DNA of 64,000 nt from NCBI RefSeq assembly GCF_009914755.1, contig NC_060931.1; one strand, 5' to 3'. Both the position numbers and the translations under genes were made by a program. This stretch comes from the human T2T-CHM13v2.0 reference genome, Homo sapiens. Shown piece after piece: positions 1 to 14,092 of this stretch. How positions within the stretch are numbered: position 1 is the stretch's first letter; every line of letters starts with the position of its first letter. The notes beneath the pieces were generated by a model, which saw only the letters and a program-made list of their open reading frames with translations, did not search any database and was not told the origin of the DNA.

Positions 1-94
1 TGTAAATAATTTCCACAAATATAAGATATTAACTATGAATACCTATATACACTCAAATATAATAAACCAACTAAATTTACTTAACCGTATAGAG

Positions 95-316
95 CAGGAG
101 TTGACAAACTTTTTCTGCAAAGGCCAAATAATTAACGTTTTAGGCTTTGCTGGCCATAGCATTTCTATTCCAACTACTCACCTCTGCCATTGTAGAGTGA
201 AAGCAGCTACAGGCAGTATGTAAATAAAGAGGTGAGGTTGTGTTCCACTGAAGCAGTATTTACAAAGACAGGCTGTGGGCAGGATTCACCCTGATGCTGC
301 GGTTTCCTGAACCCTG
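95..316. mobile_element. MER58A-like hAT-Charlie MITE, near full length
   Basis: caggagttgacaaactttttc ... gtttcctgaaccctg TIRs; internal aactactcacctctgccattgtag matches recalled consensus. Confidence 0.8.
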
Positions 317-328
317 ATGTTGAGGCTG

Positions 329-575
329 CTAACAATAGCTAACAGCTAGTTGGGTGCTTTGTAGGTGCCTGTACTATACTTCCCATCAATTTTCTTCCTC
401 AATCTTCACAAAACAGTGTGAAATGCACATTAGTATGATCATATTCATTTTCAAATAAGGAAACTGAGGCTCTATTGAGGAAACTTATTTGCCTAAGTTC
501 TCATTGATAGTAAGAGATGAAGCCAGGATGTGAATCCAGGGTGTTTGACTCCAGAGCCTGTGTTCTTAAGCACTT
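329..575 (-). mobile_element. MIR SINE
   Basis: MIR core ataaggaaactgaggc...ttgcctaag...gactccagagcc. Confidence 0.75.
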
Positions 576-2203
576 CTCTACATTTTCTATGTTTGCATTA
601 TTAATACAAATTTGTGAAAGTAATAAGGTATGTATGGTATATTTTAATGTAAATTATAGTATATTAGGGGTTTAAACCATAACTCCATATTTTAGGAATC
701 AGAGGCCCACGGTCCTGATCTGATCTTTACTCCCTATAGAACCATAATCCAGGCAGGAGACAACCACACCTTATCTTTCAAACTTTTCTGGTTCTATAAG
801 ACCATACTCTTAATGTATCATGCTTTTCACTTATCATGAAAAAAGTGTTCCTATTGCTTGGAATTAGTTTCTTCTTTCATTTTTATGGCAGATTTTCTCC
901 TACCCTGTGGAGATAATTCAATTGCCACCTATTCCCTGAAGACTTTACTAATGAACCCAGGAAGGATTCCGTTTTTGCTACTCTGTTTTTGAAGCAGCTT
1001 GAAGATGCTCTAACAGTCTTAATGCTGTTTGCAGTGGTTTATATTCTTGTCCCCTGCCCCCATTAGACAGAAATAACTCAAAGGTAGGGACTTGCTGTAA
1101 TGATCTGCCTGTTTCTACTGCACAATGTCAGGCATTGGAAAAAAGCCCAGTAACTGCTGTTGGACTGCAAATTTGAGAGGATTAGCATGGGGGCAGTTTC
1201 ACTTTATTTTACCTGGCGTGGGGTGACCTCTGATGGATTTTGAGTTCTTTCAGTGGGAACTGTCTTCTAGATTAGGAATCAGAGTAGATTCCTTACTCAT
1301 TACATGGCATTTATTGAACATCATCAATACATCTTTGCTAGAATTTGTTTCACTAAATTTAGGCATCCCTTTAGGGAAATTAGGTATTCCTACCTGCCTT
1401 CTATTTTTTTTTTCTCTTCTAGGTCAAAATCAGATAAAACACAGGAGTATATACATAGGACAATGAAAGCAGCCAAAGTTTTTTCCTGACATGGATTCAT
1501 GTATATTTTCCATCTGTCTCTCAATTGGATGGCTTAGGTGTGAATAAACTCAGTGATGCTTCTCTCAGTAGTAACAGGTTGTCCATTTCCAAATATAACA
1601 GGGGTATGATCTTGAATAGGAGATGAACTAATCAAAAGTTTTGCTTTAGAGTTCCATTTCTCTTGCAAATTATCTTGGCTTAGGCATAGCTCACATTCAG
1701 TTTTAAGAACTATGCAATATGAGTTAAGGGTGTGTAGTATGTTGCATGACTCTCATTCTTACAAAGCTCTTATGAGAAATATTGTGGGGTTTTTTTTGCC
1801 TCACATTCCATTGCATTTATGGTCACTGAAAATGGAGTGGCCTATACCGAGAAAGGCATATAAACATGTCTCTCTCATTTGCTTATGGCCATATTAGAAT
1901 TTCTAAGTTGTTGATTATTCAAGACCCCTTACATGGGTTTGGCACTAGATTACTTTGGGTGTTAGCATTTGTTTAATATCAGACATTGTTTACTTGTTAT
2001 TTTTGAGTGAATGCTAGCCAGGCTCTGTGATGTTTAAAAAGTTGAAATATCCATGAACAAATAATACCTTTAATGGTTGTGTTTGCATGTTCTAAAGTGC
2101 TCAGGCACTATGGTGGTAAGCAGGGGACGACTCACTAATGGAATGCACTGTGGATTTCATCAAACTTTGTGCAGACACAGTCAAAAATACATTTTTCCCT
2201 TAC

Positions 2204-2364
2204 CCGCAATGCTTGCATTAAGGACACTGGATTGCAAATCAATTTCTTCCTGAAGGTCTTCAAGTAAGAGGTCTGCTTCATTCTTTGCTCTTTCTATTGT
2301 ATCTTTCAGATCTTGAAATTCATACACTGCTTTCAGTTGTTCATTTAGCTGCATGATTTGTCTT
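2204..2364 (-). CDS. LAMB4: LAMB4 exon (~26), coiled coil: RQIMQLNEQLKAVYEFQDLKDTIERAKNEADLLLEDLQEEIDLQSSVLNASIA
   Basis: atAG|AAGACAA ... GCGG|GTaag; 161 nt; heptad-like hydrophobic pattern. Confidence 0.94.
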
Positions 2365-3189
2365 CTATAGAGGAAATAAGGGTAAATGTAGTTAAGCTTG
2401 TATTACATTTGATATATTGGTGAAAAAAATGCCACCAAAATTGCCCTCATTGTTAGGAATTCTTGATTAGAAGGGATTCCTTCTACTCGAGTTTTTCATT
2501 TGACGGTTTATAATTGTGTTTATGTCTCATCTCTTTCATCTTAATTCACCTTCCTGGACTATTGCAACATTCATTTAAAATATGGACAGCATACCAGGTC
2601 TAGTAGAATAAAGGCTCTCAAATCATTCCATTTTGACTGTTTATGCTCTGTCTTTCTTCGTTTTGGGTTTCAAAACATGCATTCAGACATGCTTCAATTA
2701 AATCAATCTAAGGGAGCTTTTGGCTTTCAACATATGGTAAAATAGAACCGTTTACTTAGCCTGGGGTCAAATCAGGTCTTCATTTAGAATCAATCTGCAT
2801 TCAGCAAGGTTCTTTTTAGTGTAACTTCTGTTCAGGGTCCCAACTCTTATTTTCCATTAGTGACAGGGAGGTTTTCTTGCTGGTGAGTGTTCCCCTGGGT
2901 TTTTTTCCATCACCTTCTTCTTTGATGGGGTACACCTTTGTTGTGCTTCAATTTGCTGGGTTTAGCACCTACTGTTACTTCGAGGGGATAATGAACACAT
3001 TCCTCATGATGGAGAAACTGTGCAAATCTTGAAGTGTACAGTTGGGGGAAGTTATAAAATGAATTTATGGGACTAATTTATCTTGGCACAATGGCAATGC
3101 TTCCTTCCATTTTCTTTTGTAACTCTCCCCTCTAATCTATAGACTCTTCCTTCAGGCTCCAATTGTCACAACTGCAATTCTTCAGGCTA

Positions 3190-3435
3190 ACAATAATAAC
3201 AATAAAAATAATGATAATTACTCTAATTGGGACTCCTTAAGCACTTACATATGCCGGACACTATGCTAAGTGATGGGTCTTGAGTAATTCTCACAAGAAT
3301 CCTATGAAATCCAGACTTTCTCTCTTTTGATGAAGCAATTGAAGCTTGGAGGAGTTTAGTAGCTTGCCGAAAGCCACACATTTAGTAAGTGGATTTAAAC
3401 CGGGTAGTTTGACTTCTGAATTTATGCTCATGACA
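3190..3435 (-). mobile_element. MIR SINE
   Basis: gcacttacatatgccggacactatgctaag...ttgccgaaagccacac...tgacttc. Confidence 0.65.
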
Positions 3436-4134
3436 CCTGGGGTTCTTTGTCCTCCTGTTCCCCTTCCACCTGTAGTTTACCCAGCAACATTTTTTTTAAT
3501 AGAACTACATGAGGCCTGGAGAAGACAAGCACGTGAGAAGGCAGGCCCTGTCCAGGGTGCCCCACAGCGAGGCAATGGCAAAGGAGCATAAAGAGGTGAG
3601 AAGATGGAGAAGGAAATACAGGCTTCTCTGTGAGGAAGTCAGGAAAGGCTTCAGGGAGGAGGTGATGTTTGTGTGGCTGTTAAAGAGAAGTAGGAGTTTG
3701 GCAGGTGGGCTAGGAGGGAACAGGCCTCTGGGCTGCTGGTTGAAGAAGCTCAGCAGCCACTGCTTTCTCCTCACTCCAGACCTGGGCTGGGCACTCCTCT
3801 TTCTCGCTCTTTCTCTCTGGCTCTGCCTGTGGCTCTTGCAGTCTCTGTCCAGAACGTCCATGGTGGATTGGCTCATTCTGCTTTCTTTGTGCTTTGTCCG
3901 ACATTTTCCTAATGGTGTCTAACCACAAGCTTGTGGTCCATGGGCCAAAGCTCATTCTCAGACAAGTTTTCTTTGGGCTATACAGTAGGGCTTCTTACAA
4001 GTGCTATTGGATTAGCTGTATACATTTTGAAGTGGGGATAGTTCAGTAAAAATATGGATGTCTGACATCTCTTGAAAATTGAGGAGATCTGTTAACATAG
4101 GGGTCTAGATCTTGCAACGCAGAAGTTGTATTGC

Positions 4135-4344
4135 TTTTTTGTTTTTAGAGACAGGGTCTCATTCTATCATCCAGACTGGAGTGCAGTGGCACAATCATAG
4201 TTCACTGCAGCCTTGAACTCCTGAGCTCACATGATCCTTTTGCTATGTAGCCCAGGCTGGTCTCGAACTCCTGGCCTCAAGTGATCCTACTGCCTCAGCC
4301 TCCCAAAGTGCTGGGATTACAGGGGAAAGCCACTGTGCCCAGCC
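4135..4344 (-). mobile_element. AluJ-like, internally deleted
   Basis: gagacagggtctc...ctcccaaagtgctgggattacag; cagaagt flanking repeat. Confidence 0.85.
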
Positions 4345-4740
4345 CAGAAGTCTTTAGAGAAGTATAGATGTGCCTGTTGTCACCTGCCAGCTTGACCCTG
4401 GCTGGCCATTTGTCCTCCCTGGGCCCTGTCACTGCATTTATGATGCAGTGGCCCTTTCCCTGAACTACCTAGGTGGGTGATACCTTCTTCCTTGTGCACC
4501 TTTTAAGCAATTATCATATATTTCTGGGATATTTCCCTATAGATAATGAGTTACCTTATATTTACACTCATGTTATATATGACATGAGCCTCTGCAGCTT
4601 CAACTATTCCTTAATCCAGGACCTTTTCTTGGGGAGGAAGGATATTTTGCTAGATAAGCACACTTTTGGAGTTCCTTAGCAGACTGTGTGCTTCTATGGG
4701 GGTAGAAACTATACCCAATTCATCCTGGTTTTGCCCTTAA

Positions 4741-4926
4741 CAGGTTGGCAAACTTTGCCTTAGGAATCATAGCATCTCTGTCATAACTACTCAACTATGC
4801 CATTGTAGAGAGTGCAGCCACAGAGGAGGGGTAAATAAATGGGTGTGGCTGTGCTCCAAGGAAACTTTATTTACATAAACAAAGGCTGTGTCAGATTCCA
4901 CCTGTGGGCTGTAGTTTGCTGAGCCG
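4741..4926. mobile_element. MER58A-like MITE
   Basis: caggttggcaaac...actactcaactatgccattgtag...gtagtttgctgagcc. Confidence 0.75.
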
Positions 4927-5294
4927 TGGCCCAAAACTATCAACATAATCTCAACAAATGGTTAAATTTTAAAAAAAGATTCAGTAATATGTAGTAAAAA
5001 TGAGCTTGCATTTTCAAGAAATGACCATACTTGGTATAAGACTTCATATTAATGTATAGGCTTCTAAACAACTGAAGAACTTGGGAAGGTTTGGTAAATT
5101 TTCCCTAGGTGTATCATTGAAAAAAATATGTTGTTTTTGAAACTACCATACTTCCAATTTTATATCTTTCAGCTTTACTGAGTTTGGGCTTCCCCATTAA
5201 TGACTGTCTTTTTGTTACAATCAATGGCATCTGGAAAAATCACATATAATCCTAACTAGGTGAGAAAAAAGTAGACATACATGATTTCCAGCTG

Positions 5295-5609
<315 letters not shown>

Positions 5610-5738
5610 TGAACAACTATCAGTCCCCTAAAGTCAACATAGGTACATTTCTAAATTGAAGGCTGACGATGTTAAAGCTTGGTGGGAGTTAAGGTAAATC
5701 AGGAGTTTGGCTGTCTGTTACTTGAGCATAAATCTTAC

Positions 5739-6114
5739 CTAACAGAGTCATGATAATCCTTGACTTTTAAGAATTTCCCAGATGGGAAAACAGGATGTTT
5801 CAAAATCCTTTCTATTTCAGACACGTTCCCTCTGAGGTCTTTGAAGTCTGCCTCACAGACAGGCAGGGTCTCTCTTTTATCTTCCATGTTAGCAGCCAGT
5901 CTCATTAACCCTTGCACCGCTTTGGAGAGGGAAGAAATGGTGTGGTCCCACTGATCAAAGCACAAGTGACATTGAAGACAAGTAGGGAATTCCTGGCTGT
6001 GTCCCCGGGCACAGCGATCACATCTCTGGCCGCTGACACCCTCCCGGCAGCGGCACATGCCTGTGTCTGGATCACAGATGGGCTTCTGGGTACCTGCCCT
6101 GTTACAATCACATG
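5739..6114 (-). CDS. LAMB4: LAMB4 exon (~25), LE13 and start of coiled coil: CDCNRAGTQKPIC...CHLCFDQWD...YHDSV-R
   Basis: ttAG|CATGT ... GTTAG|GTaag; 376 nt; phase 1 to 2. Confidence 0.96.
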
Positions 6115-6781
6115 CTAAAAAGGAAAACAGAAGGAGCAGAGAATGTCACTGGGCCTTTTGTTGATGACTAACTCAAGAATCAGGTCTTTTCCTCTCTCCT
6201 GAAAATCTTCCCAACTCACACTTCTAAGATGAATATTTAAAGCCAATATAATTTCAGAGATCTGTGCAATAGCCATTATAAGACAGCATGGCTCTCTATA
6301 TTCCACTAAGAAATCAGTTTACTATTTCAATTTGGCAAATATCAGACGTTTTTATTGTGTGAGTGCAAGCATCTACAAGTGGGATCCTCATCTATTTGAG
6401 TAAGAAGTATGATTTAATGATGGACACACGATAGTAACTCTGCTGTTACAGCCTCCGAGGGTGGTTCAGGTGTGTCGAGACTCTCTAAGAAGTCCCATGG
6501 TCACACTTCTTCTGAGTAAAGCCCAGCTTGGGTGTGATGACCACGCTGTCTTCCATTACATAAGGAAAACAATTTCATTTTCCAAAAAGGAGGGGAAATT
6601 AAATTCATTTTGTCTTAATTTAAAAAAATTACTGACTCCACACGGTACTTTCTTTGAGTAGGTTTCTGACCAAGCCTGAAGATAGAGGATAGGGAGATCT
6701 ATTGATCTTACTGCAATTTCCAAAAGGTTAGGGAATCACTAGCCTATGTTTTTGGACCAACTGCAAGGAACAAGTAATTTA

Positions 6782-7097
<316 letters not shown>

Positions 7098-7938
7098 GCA
7101 TTTGTCAGTTTATGTAAAAATAATGCCAATTACAAATAAAAACTAGTTAACACACTAGGGCTCTTCAGCTAGTTCATCTGTCCAGCACATTGGCCTTGGT
7201 CCAGAGGGGTGGTGTCATGTCACTTCATCACCTGGAGGCCATTTCCCATCCTTAGCCGCTCTTCCCCAGGAGATTTAGTGGGGTCTGTGGCCTGACTTGA
7301 TTATTTGCAGTTTCTTCTACTGCTTCTCTATAAAAGATGAAAGCATTTTTATGAAATAAGATTATCAAAATAGTAGACGGACACAGGGAAATAGGCTCTA
7401 AGATAGATTTTCCAAGAGCCAAAGTTTCACCCTGGGTTTTAACCCAGCAATTCCACTTAGAAAACTGAATAAGTGGGGCCCAGAGAAAATCATTCAGAAT
7501 GTGCATTTGAATGGGGCAAGGGAATGAGCAATATTTTTTAGCCACAAGGGCACATTTATAAAGGAATGGAGAGGAGGAAAGAGTTGCCATGCGTGGCTAT
7601 GTATGGCTGACCATGGTGATAAGCCCATGATACCTGATATTTCTTTGGATTTTCTTCTTTTGGAAGCTGACTGTTCCATTTGTAATGAGTTTGAGGAATT
7701 TTAAGACAGGCTACGAATTTTAATATAGGCTAAATTTTTAACATAGGAGGAAAATAATCTTTTTGCAGGGCTATAGGAAGATTATTTTCAAAATGTAGAA
7801 TTAAACTTTGTGAGTTTTCTAAGTCCACCTTATTAAAAGCACCAAAAAAAGAAATTTAAAATTCAGTTGGTTCATAGCATGTCCATGGTAGGGCCAGGCT
7901 GACTGTACGCATGAGTTTTTAGAAATCCCAATACTTAC

Positions 7939-8035
7939 GAATGCATCGCCCAGGTGGATCACCATAATAATTTTCCTGGCACTCACTGCAACGTTTCCCG
8001 CCGTAACCTAATTTACACGGACACTGGCCTGTAAG
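7939..8035 (-). CDS. LAMB4: LAMB4 exon (~24), LE12: [33 protein letters not shown]
   Basis: acAG|CTTACA ... ATTC|GTaagt; 97 nt; phase 0 to 1. Confidence 0.95.
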
Positions 8036-8751
8036 CTGTGAGAACAGTCATGGGTGAGGAATTGACAAGTTTTATGGTCTAAAAAAAAATGCATTTTAAT
8101 AGGAAATATTTTCCCCTCCAGTGAATTAGAACATACAGCTGTGCAAAGGCGGAGGAAGGATGATTCCCATGTCCAGCAGCCACCCCCGACAATACCAAGG
8201 ATCAGGAGTTAATGTGCTTTGGCCTAAAGCTCCTGAATATATCGCCTGCTTCCAGCTGTTCAGGGACAGGTGGCCCAAACTGGGAAACATACACAGATGT
8301 AAATGAAAACAAAACACATAATGGGAAATGGGCCAGATTATTTTCCTCAACTGTTATGGGAGTTCCTCCATAAGTGAGTGAGGCCAAAGACCTGGTCTAA
8401 CATTCATCAGTTAATGTGTCAAGTAATGTTTTCATTATGGAATGTATGATGTAGTTTTCACCAACTGGATTAGCGTTTTGCTCAAAAAAACATCTTTTTT
8501 TTGTACTTCAGGCTTAATGATTTAATGAGAGTTACTTAACTGTGTTTTTCAGAGAGGGCTGAACTTTTCTTTACCCTCCCAACTGAACTCTTGACCAGCT
8601 TTTCTGAAAACTGAGGAGGTTGGAAAATTAACAGGAGAAAATATAAAAGCAAATCACTATTGTTGTAGTCCTAAATTAGCTGCTTAAACAACAACTCCGT
8701 AAGTTTCCTGTGAATAAGTGGCTAGATTCTTAGAGTGACTGGATCTGCCAC

Positions 8752-9050
8752 TTTTCTTTCCTTTTCTTTTCTTTTATTTTGAGACGGAGTCTCGCTCTGT
8801 TGCCCAGGCTGTACGGCAGTGGTGCAACCTCAGCTCACTGCAACCTCTGCCTCCCAGGTTCAAGTGATTACTCCCATCTCAACCTCCCAAGTAGCTGGGA
8901 CTACAGGTGTGCACCACCACACCCGGCAATTTTTTGTATTTTTAATACAGATGAGGTTTCACCATGTTGGCCAGGCTGGTCTCGAACTCCTGACCTCAAG
9001 CGACCCACCTGCCTCAGCCTCCCAAAGTGCTGGGATTACCCACACCTGGC
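8752..9050 (-). mobile_element. AluS
   Basis: Dimer; TSD ctggatctgccac (8739-8751 / 9051-9063). Confidence 0.95.
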
Positions 9051-9116
9051 CTGGATCTGCCACGTTTCAATATCTTTGCAGTTCCTGCCAGCTTCTGCTC
9101 AAATATAAGGAGTTAG

Positions 9117-9575
<459 letters not shown>

Positions 9576-9599
9576 TAGCCTTCATCACGGAATAGCATA

Positions 9600-10330
9600 G
9601 TTCTGTCCATTATCTTGGTTGTCTCCCTTTGGGCACGTACTAGTCTGTCAGTATAATGTTTAAAATATGGTGCTCAGAAATGACAACAATGCTCCTGGCA
9701 CCACCAGGCCAGTAGAACAGATAATGGGACAGTAACTGCCCTTAACCTGGGCACAGCACCCCCCTACTCCAGCCTGTTCAGGCGTCGCTTCTTTGGCAGC
9801 CCTGCCACACTGCTGGCTCACTGAAGCCTGCACGCAATGAAAATCCTCAGATTTTTCTCACAAGAGCTGTGCCAAGTTATTACTCCCACCCCGTATTTAT
9901 GCAAGGGATTTAAAAAACCCAATTGCAAAACTTTACTTTTAACCTGTTAACATTTCATCTCCTTGTTTCCAGCCTGCATGACAGCCTATTGGGATATCTT
10001 GTTCTGTCTTTATCATATTAGCTTACGGCTTTGTAATATCTGCAAATTTGGGAAGCATGTTTCTCCAACTCCATCTAAAGTGTTGATGAAAATATTGGAT
10101 GGCACATTTGGATCTCTCTGTGGGAATGTACCAGGAACCACCTCTTGGCTAACATAGAGACATCTATCAGTAGTTGTTTAAACAGCTGGGAATCTAAATA
10201 TCCACGTCTTCCCCGTACTCCAGTGAACATGTTTCTTGATTGCAGAGACCAGTGTTCCCCCATGGGATCCCCTATGCACCAAATAACCCAAAGGACCCTT
10301 GTTATGAGGGGCTTCCTGGTTAAACCAATA
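9600..10330 (-). mobile_element. L3/CR1 LINE relic
   Basis: aaaatatggtgctcagaaatgacaacaatgctcc and atctgcaaatttg...catctaaagtgttgatgaaaatattg resemble the antisense CR1 RT region. Confidence 0.6.
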
Positions 10331-10559
10331 CCATCTAACTTTCAGCTTCAAGGCTACCTTGGAACTGTGGTTTTTGTTGAATGCTGCTACAAACATGCTT
10401 CCCAAAAGGTCTAAGAAACTTGCCACATAGTGTTGTCTTGAGCACTAGGAGTCCCTCAAGAATTGGGAAGCCAGGTGGTCACGTGGAGATCTACCACTTT
10501 ATTCCATGGTTGGTGGCTGCAGGTGTGGGGAGTGGAGGGGAGCTTATAAAACAGGCATG

Positions 10560-11550
10560 ACCATCCAGTGTCCAGATCTTGGTTTCTAATACCATTCTCT
10601 AGTAAAGGAATCAGTGCTCCCTAGATAAATAGCTGATTCTAGGACTGGGGCAGAGAATACATAAGATGAGCCTGAAATATTTTGCAGTGCCAGAAAGTAA
10701 GGAATGCTTTTAAAAACTCTACAGTATTGGCCTATGTCAAAGGGACACAGGAGCCACTGAGAGATCTTCTAGTGACCAAAGCTGGAACAATTTGAACCAC
10801 AAAATAAAGTAGTGTTGGACTATCCCCAAAAGTATAAATATCCATGAGTCCATGCTGATATAAATAAATGGTCGAATGAATGAATAAACGTAAGACAACA
10901 GACAAATCTCCAGTGCAGAAGAATTCCAATGATTTGTGGAGATACTCTGTCCTCGAGGAGGAAGAGCATAGCTCCCTACTCCTTAAGTAGGTTGCACATA
11001 GTGACTTCCTTCCGTAGAGCACAGTAGAAGAAGGAGGAAAAAGAGTAACTTGATGATATAACAGTCTGACAAACACTGCTTCAGCCAGGTGACCAAGACT
11101 GACATTAACAGGGATAAGTCGTGTTAATAATATGTACCCCTGATAGGATGTGATGAGAGTGGCACTTGACTTCTCTGGTGTTTTCGGAACCTATAAACCC
11201 AGTCTAATCATGAGAAGAATATCAGATCAATTTGAATTGATGGACATTCTACAAAATAAGGAAGGCCTGAGAAACTGTCGCAGCCAAGAGGAGCCTCAGG
11301 AAATAAGATGACTAAATATAATGTGTTCTGAATGGACTCCTGGAACAGAAAAAGGACATTAGGTAAAAATTAAGGAAATCTGACTAAATTTGTTAGCAAT
11401 AATGTATCAATATTCATGCATAGTGACAAATGTTATTAAATTAATATAAGGTGTTAATAATAGAAGAAACTGGATATGGGGTTTATTTTCTCTGTTCTCT
11501 CTTTACAACTTCACAAATATATTCTAAAATAAAAAGCTTATTTTTAAAAA
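10560..11550 (+). mobile_element. Old L1 3' end (L1MC/L1MD type)
   Basis: ccagatcttggtttctaataccattctc...ctggaacagaaaaaggacattagg...attctaaaataaaa. Confidence 0.8.
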
Positions 11551-11563
11551 GGTATGTTGTGGG

Positions 11564-11866
11564 GGCTGGGCGTCGTGGCTCACACCTGTAATCTTAGCAA
11601 TCTGAGAGGCTGAGGTGGGCGGATCACTTGAGATCAGGAGTTTGAAACCAGCCTGGCCAACATGGTGAAACCCTGTCTCTACTAAGAATACAAAAATTAG
11701 CTGGGCGTGGTGGTGGGCGCCTGTAATCCCATCTACTCAGGAGGCTGACGCAGGAGAATCGCTTGAACCCAGGAGGCAGAGGTTGCAGTGAGCCAAGATC
11801 ATACCACTGCCCTCAGGCCTGGGCAACAGAGCAAGACTCTTGTCTCAAAAAAAAAAAAAAAAAAAA
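11564..11866 (+). mobile_element. AluS
   Basis: Full dimer with A tail. Confidence 0.95.
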
Positions 11867-12880
11867 GATATGGTGTTTGTGTGTGTTGGTGGATGAGGAT
11901 TGGAGAGAAAGAAAAAGAAGAGAAGGAAAAACCCATTCTCCATATAAGAACTACCTTCAAAAGACTTGACCTTTGAATAATAGGTTGAATAGTGGAGCTG
12001 AAATTGGAGGTGAGCCATGCTTACTAATTGGAAAGACTCCAGTTTCTTAAATTCGCATTTTCATTCCAATTAAATCCTGATCCCTATATTGTGAATTTGG
12101 CTTTTTCTAACATTTCTTGTCATTGTTTTTACCCTTTCTCCCCCAAACTCTATTAATGTGAAAATTGTTTCAAAGAATAGATTAAGCCAAAAGACAAAAA
12201 CAAAACAACCACCAAAAAAACTAAGCATGTTATTAACAAATAGTTTTTTTCCCACAAGTAATGTTATCCTCATTAAAAATTCTGTGCCCACTGGTTTATT
12301 GACTGAAAAATCACACGTGCATCTATCTATGTAGTATTAGTTGTATATGAAACATTGAAGATTTGCTCCTGGTACACATGCCTACATTCTTAAGATATGA
12401 TTGATGCCAGTCTGGAAGTCAAGAAGACTTCTTATTTTACCCATATGTAAAGCAATTGGTGAGCAATAGGAAACAACAGCTCAGTTTTTTTAATGGACTT
12501 GTGGGTTTTGAAGGTATCTGTTTATTTTCATTCTGATTCATAATCTCTTCTGATTAACTATTTCTTAGGTCTTCCCTATGGTTACATGTATGAAATAGTG
12601 AAAGGTGAGGCTGATGTCTGTGTTTCACTGTGTATGAATTCTGACTTCCTCAGTCACAGAGAGAAAACTGAAGTAGGCGAAGCTGAACTTTGAGATGCTC
12701 ATTCTCTTTTTTTGGTTTTCATTCCTTGATAGAGGCTGACTCCATCCCCTGTAAGGCCAATCCTGTTTCAATGCACTAATTAACAACAGTACATAAAAGA
12801 AACTTTCTTTACACATTTAGAAACCATGTCTCACTATCATGCTCACTTTGAGTGCACTAGTAAGCTTTAAAGTATCTTGC

Positions 12881-13101
12881 CTGGTCACAGTGGCTACTTT
12901 GAGAGGTCCTAGGGTCACAGTCACATGACTGACATCCTCTGCCAGGGACCAGATTCCAGTATCCATCAGCACAACGGTCACAGGCCAGGCCTGTGACATT
13001 CGGCAGACAAGGACATGCACCAGTGACAGGGTCACAGAGGCAAGCTCCCCCACCAGGGGGACACTCCATGGGACTCACGCCGGAAGCATGGCAGGAGCAT
13101 C
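12881..13101 (-). CDS. LAMB4: LAMB4 exon (~23), LE11-LE12: CSCHASGVSPMEC...SSHCDQ (GC donor)
   Basis: acAG|GATGC ... GACCAG|GCaaga; 221 nt; this GC site joins in frame to LTGQCPC and preserves LE cysteine spacing. Confidence 0.92.
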
Positions 13102-13439
13102 CTGTGATGACAAAACCATCATCAGAGGTAAATTCAATGATAAATGTGGCATTTAGCAAACCATACAAACAGCGTTTTAGACCTGGATGTATCATTTCTC
13201 CAAGGGGCTCAAAGAATGAACGCCTTATAATAGTAAAGAATTTACCAAAGAATCTATGTAGGTTGAACCCATTTAATGGTTTCTGATCTCCCCAAATGCA
13301 AGTTCATGTGGTCGAACTTGCTCCAAGAGCTCACAGTTAGGATGATTAAAAGTCTTATTTTTCCCTCATGTCACTCACCAAAGTTCCATTTATTTAAATG
13401 ACTTGAAAACAATGGTTTACGTACACATTACAGTCACAT

Positions 13440-13600
13440 GATGAGTTTGTTACAATGCAGATTCCTGGGCGTCACTCCCAGAGATTCTGACTCAGTAGGT
13501 CTGAAGTACAGCCTAGGAATTTGCATGTTAATACACCTCACCTCCCCACTGCTCTGGCACAGGTGAACTGCGGACTAAACTCTGAGAAACAACGCTTTGA
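13440..13600. mobile_element. MER5A-like hAT MITE
   Basis: atgcagattcctggg...cagagattctgactcagtaggtctg...ctgagaaacaacgct. Confidence 0.7.
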
Positions 13601-13867
13601 ATCCACTAGGACAGGTATTTCAGGCAACAGACACAAAAGGCAAACTAATAACACCAGTGAGAACATTGTGGCTGCATCTGAGAATACCAGTGGTTGCAAT
13701 GCACTAATTTCTGTTGATGAGTTCCGTACAACAGCCCTGTCACCTAGTGGGTGCTGCTTTTGCCTGCTGGGACTGGCCTAACTGAAATGATCATGGGAGA
13801 GCTGACAACACACTTATGAGCTGTCACTCAGCTGACACATTTCCCCCTGGGAGTTTTGCAGACTTAC

Positions 13868-14092
13868 TTCTGCAGGTCTGATTGAGGGCTGATCCATAGT
13901 GACCTGGTTTGCAGAGCTGGCAGTTTGCGCCCTGAGTGTTGTGCAAACATCGAAGGCACTCCCCTGTTACCCGGCTGCAGGACTCTGGATCGGTTACATC
14001 TATGTTGTTGTTGCAGGCACATGGTTGGCAAGGTGCTCCTGAAATTCTTGGATTTCCATAGAAACCAGTAGAGCATTCTCCACACTGAGTAC
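13868..14092 (-). CDS. LAMB4: LAMB4 exon (~22), LE9-LE10: TQCGECSTGFYGNPRISGAPC...ALNQTCR-R
   Basis: tcAG|GTACT ... AGAA|GTaagt; 225 nt; phase 1 to 1. Confidence 0.95.

Noticed and set aside
1212-1392. Possible extra minus-strand exon ending CAG|GTAAAA near 1212
   Set aside because: The upstream acceptor context is purine-rich, the longest frame hits a stop, and the peptide is not laminin-like.
3505-3955. Overlapping 137-aa (+), 123-aa and 81-aa (-) ORFs
   Set aside because: They overlap an L2-like fragment and a CT-rich tract, with no recognisable domain or splice support. Chance ORFs.
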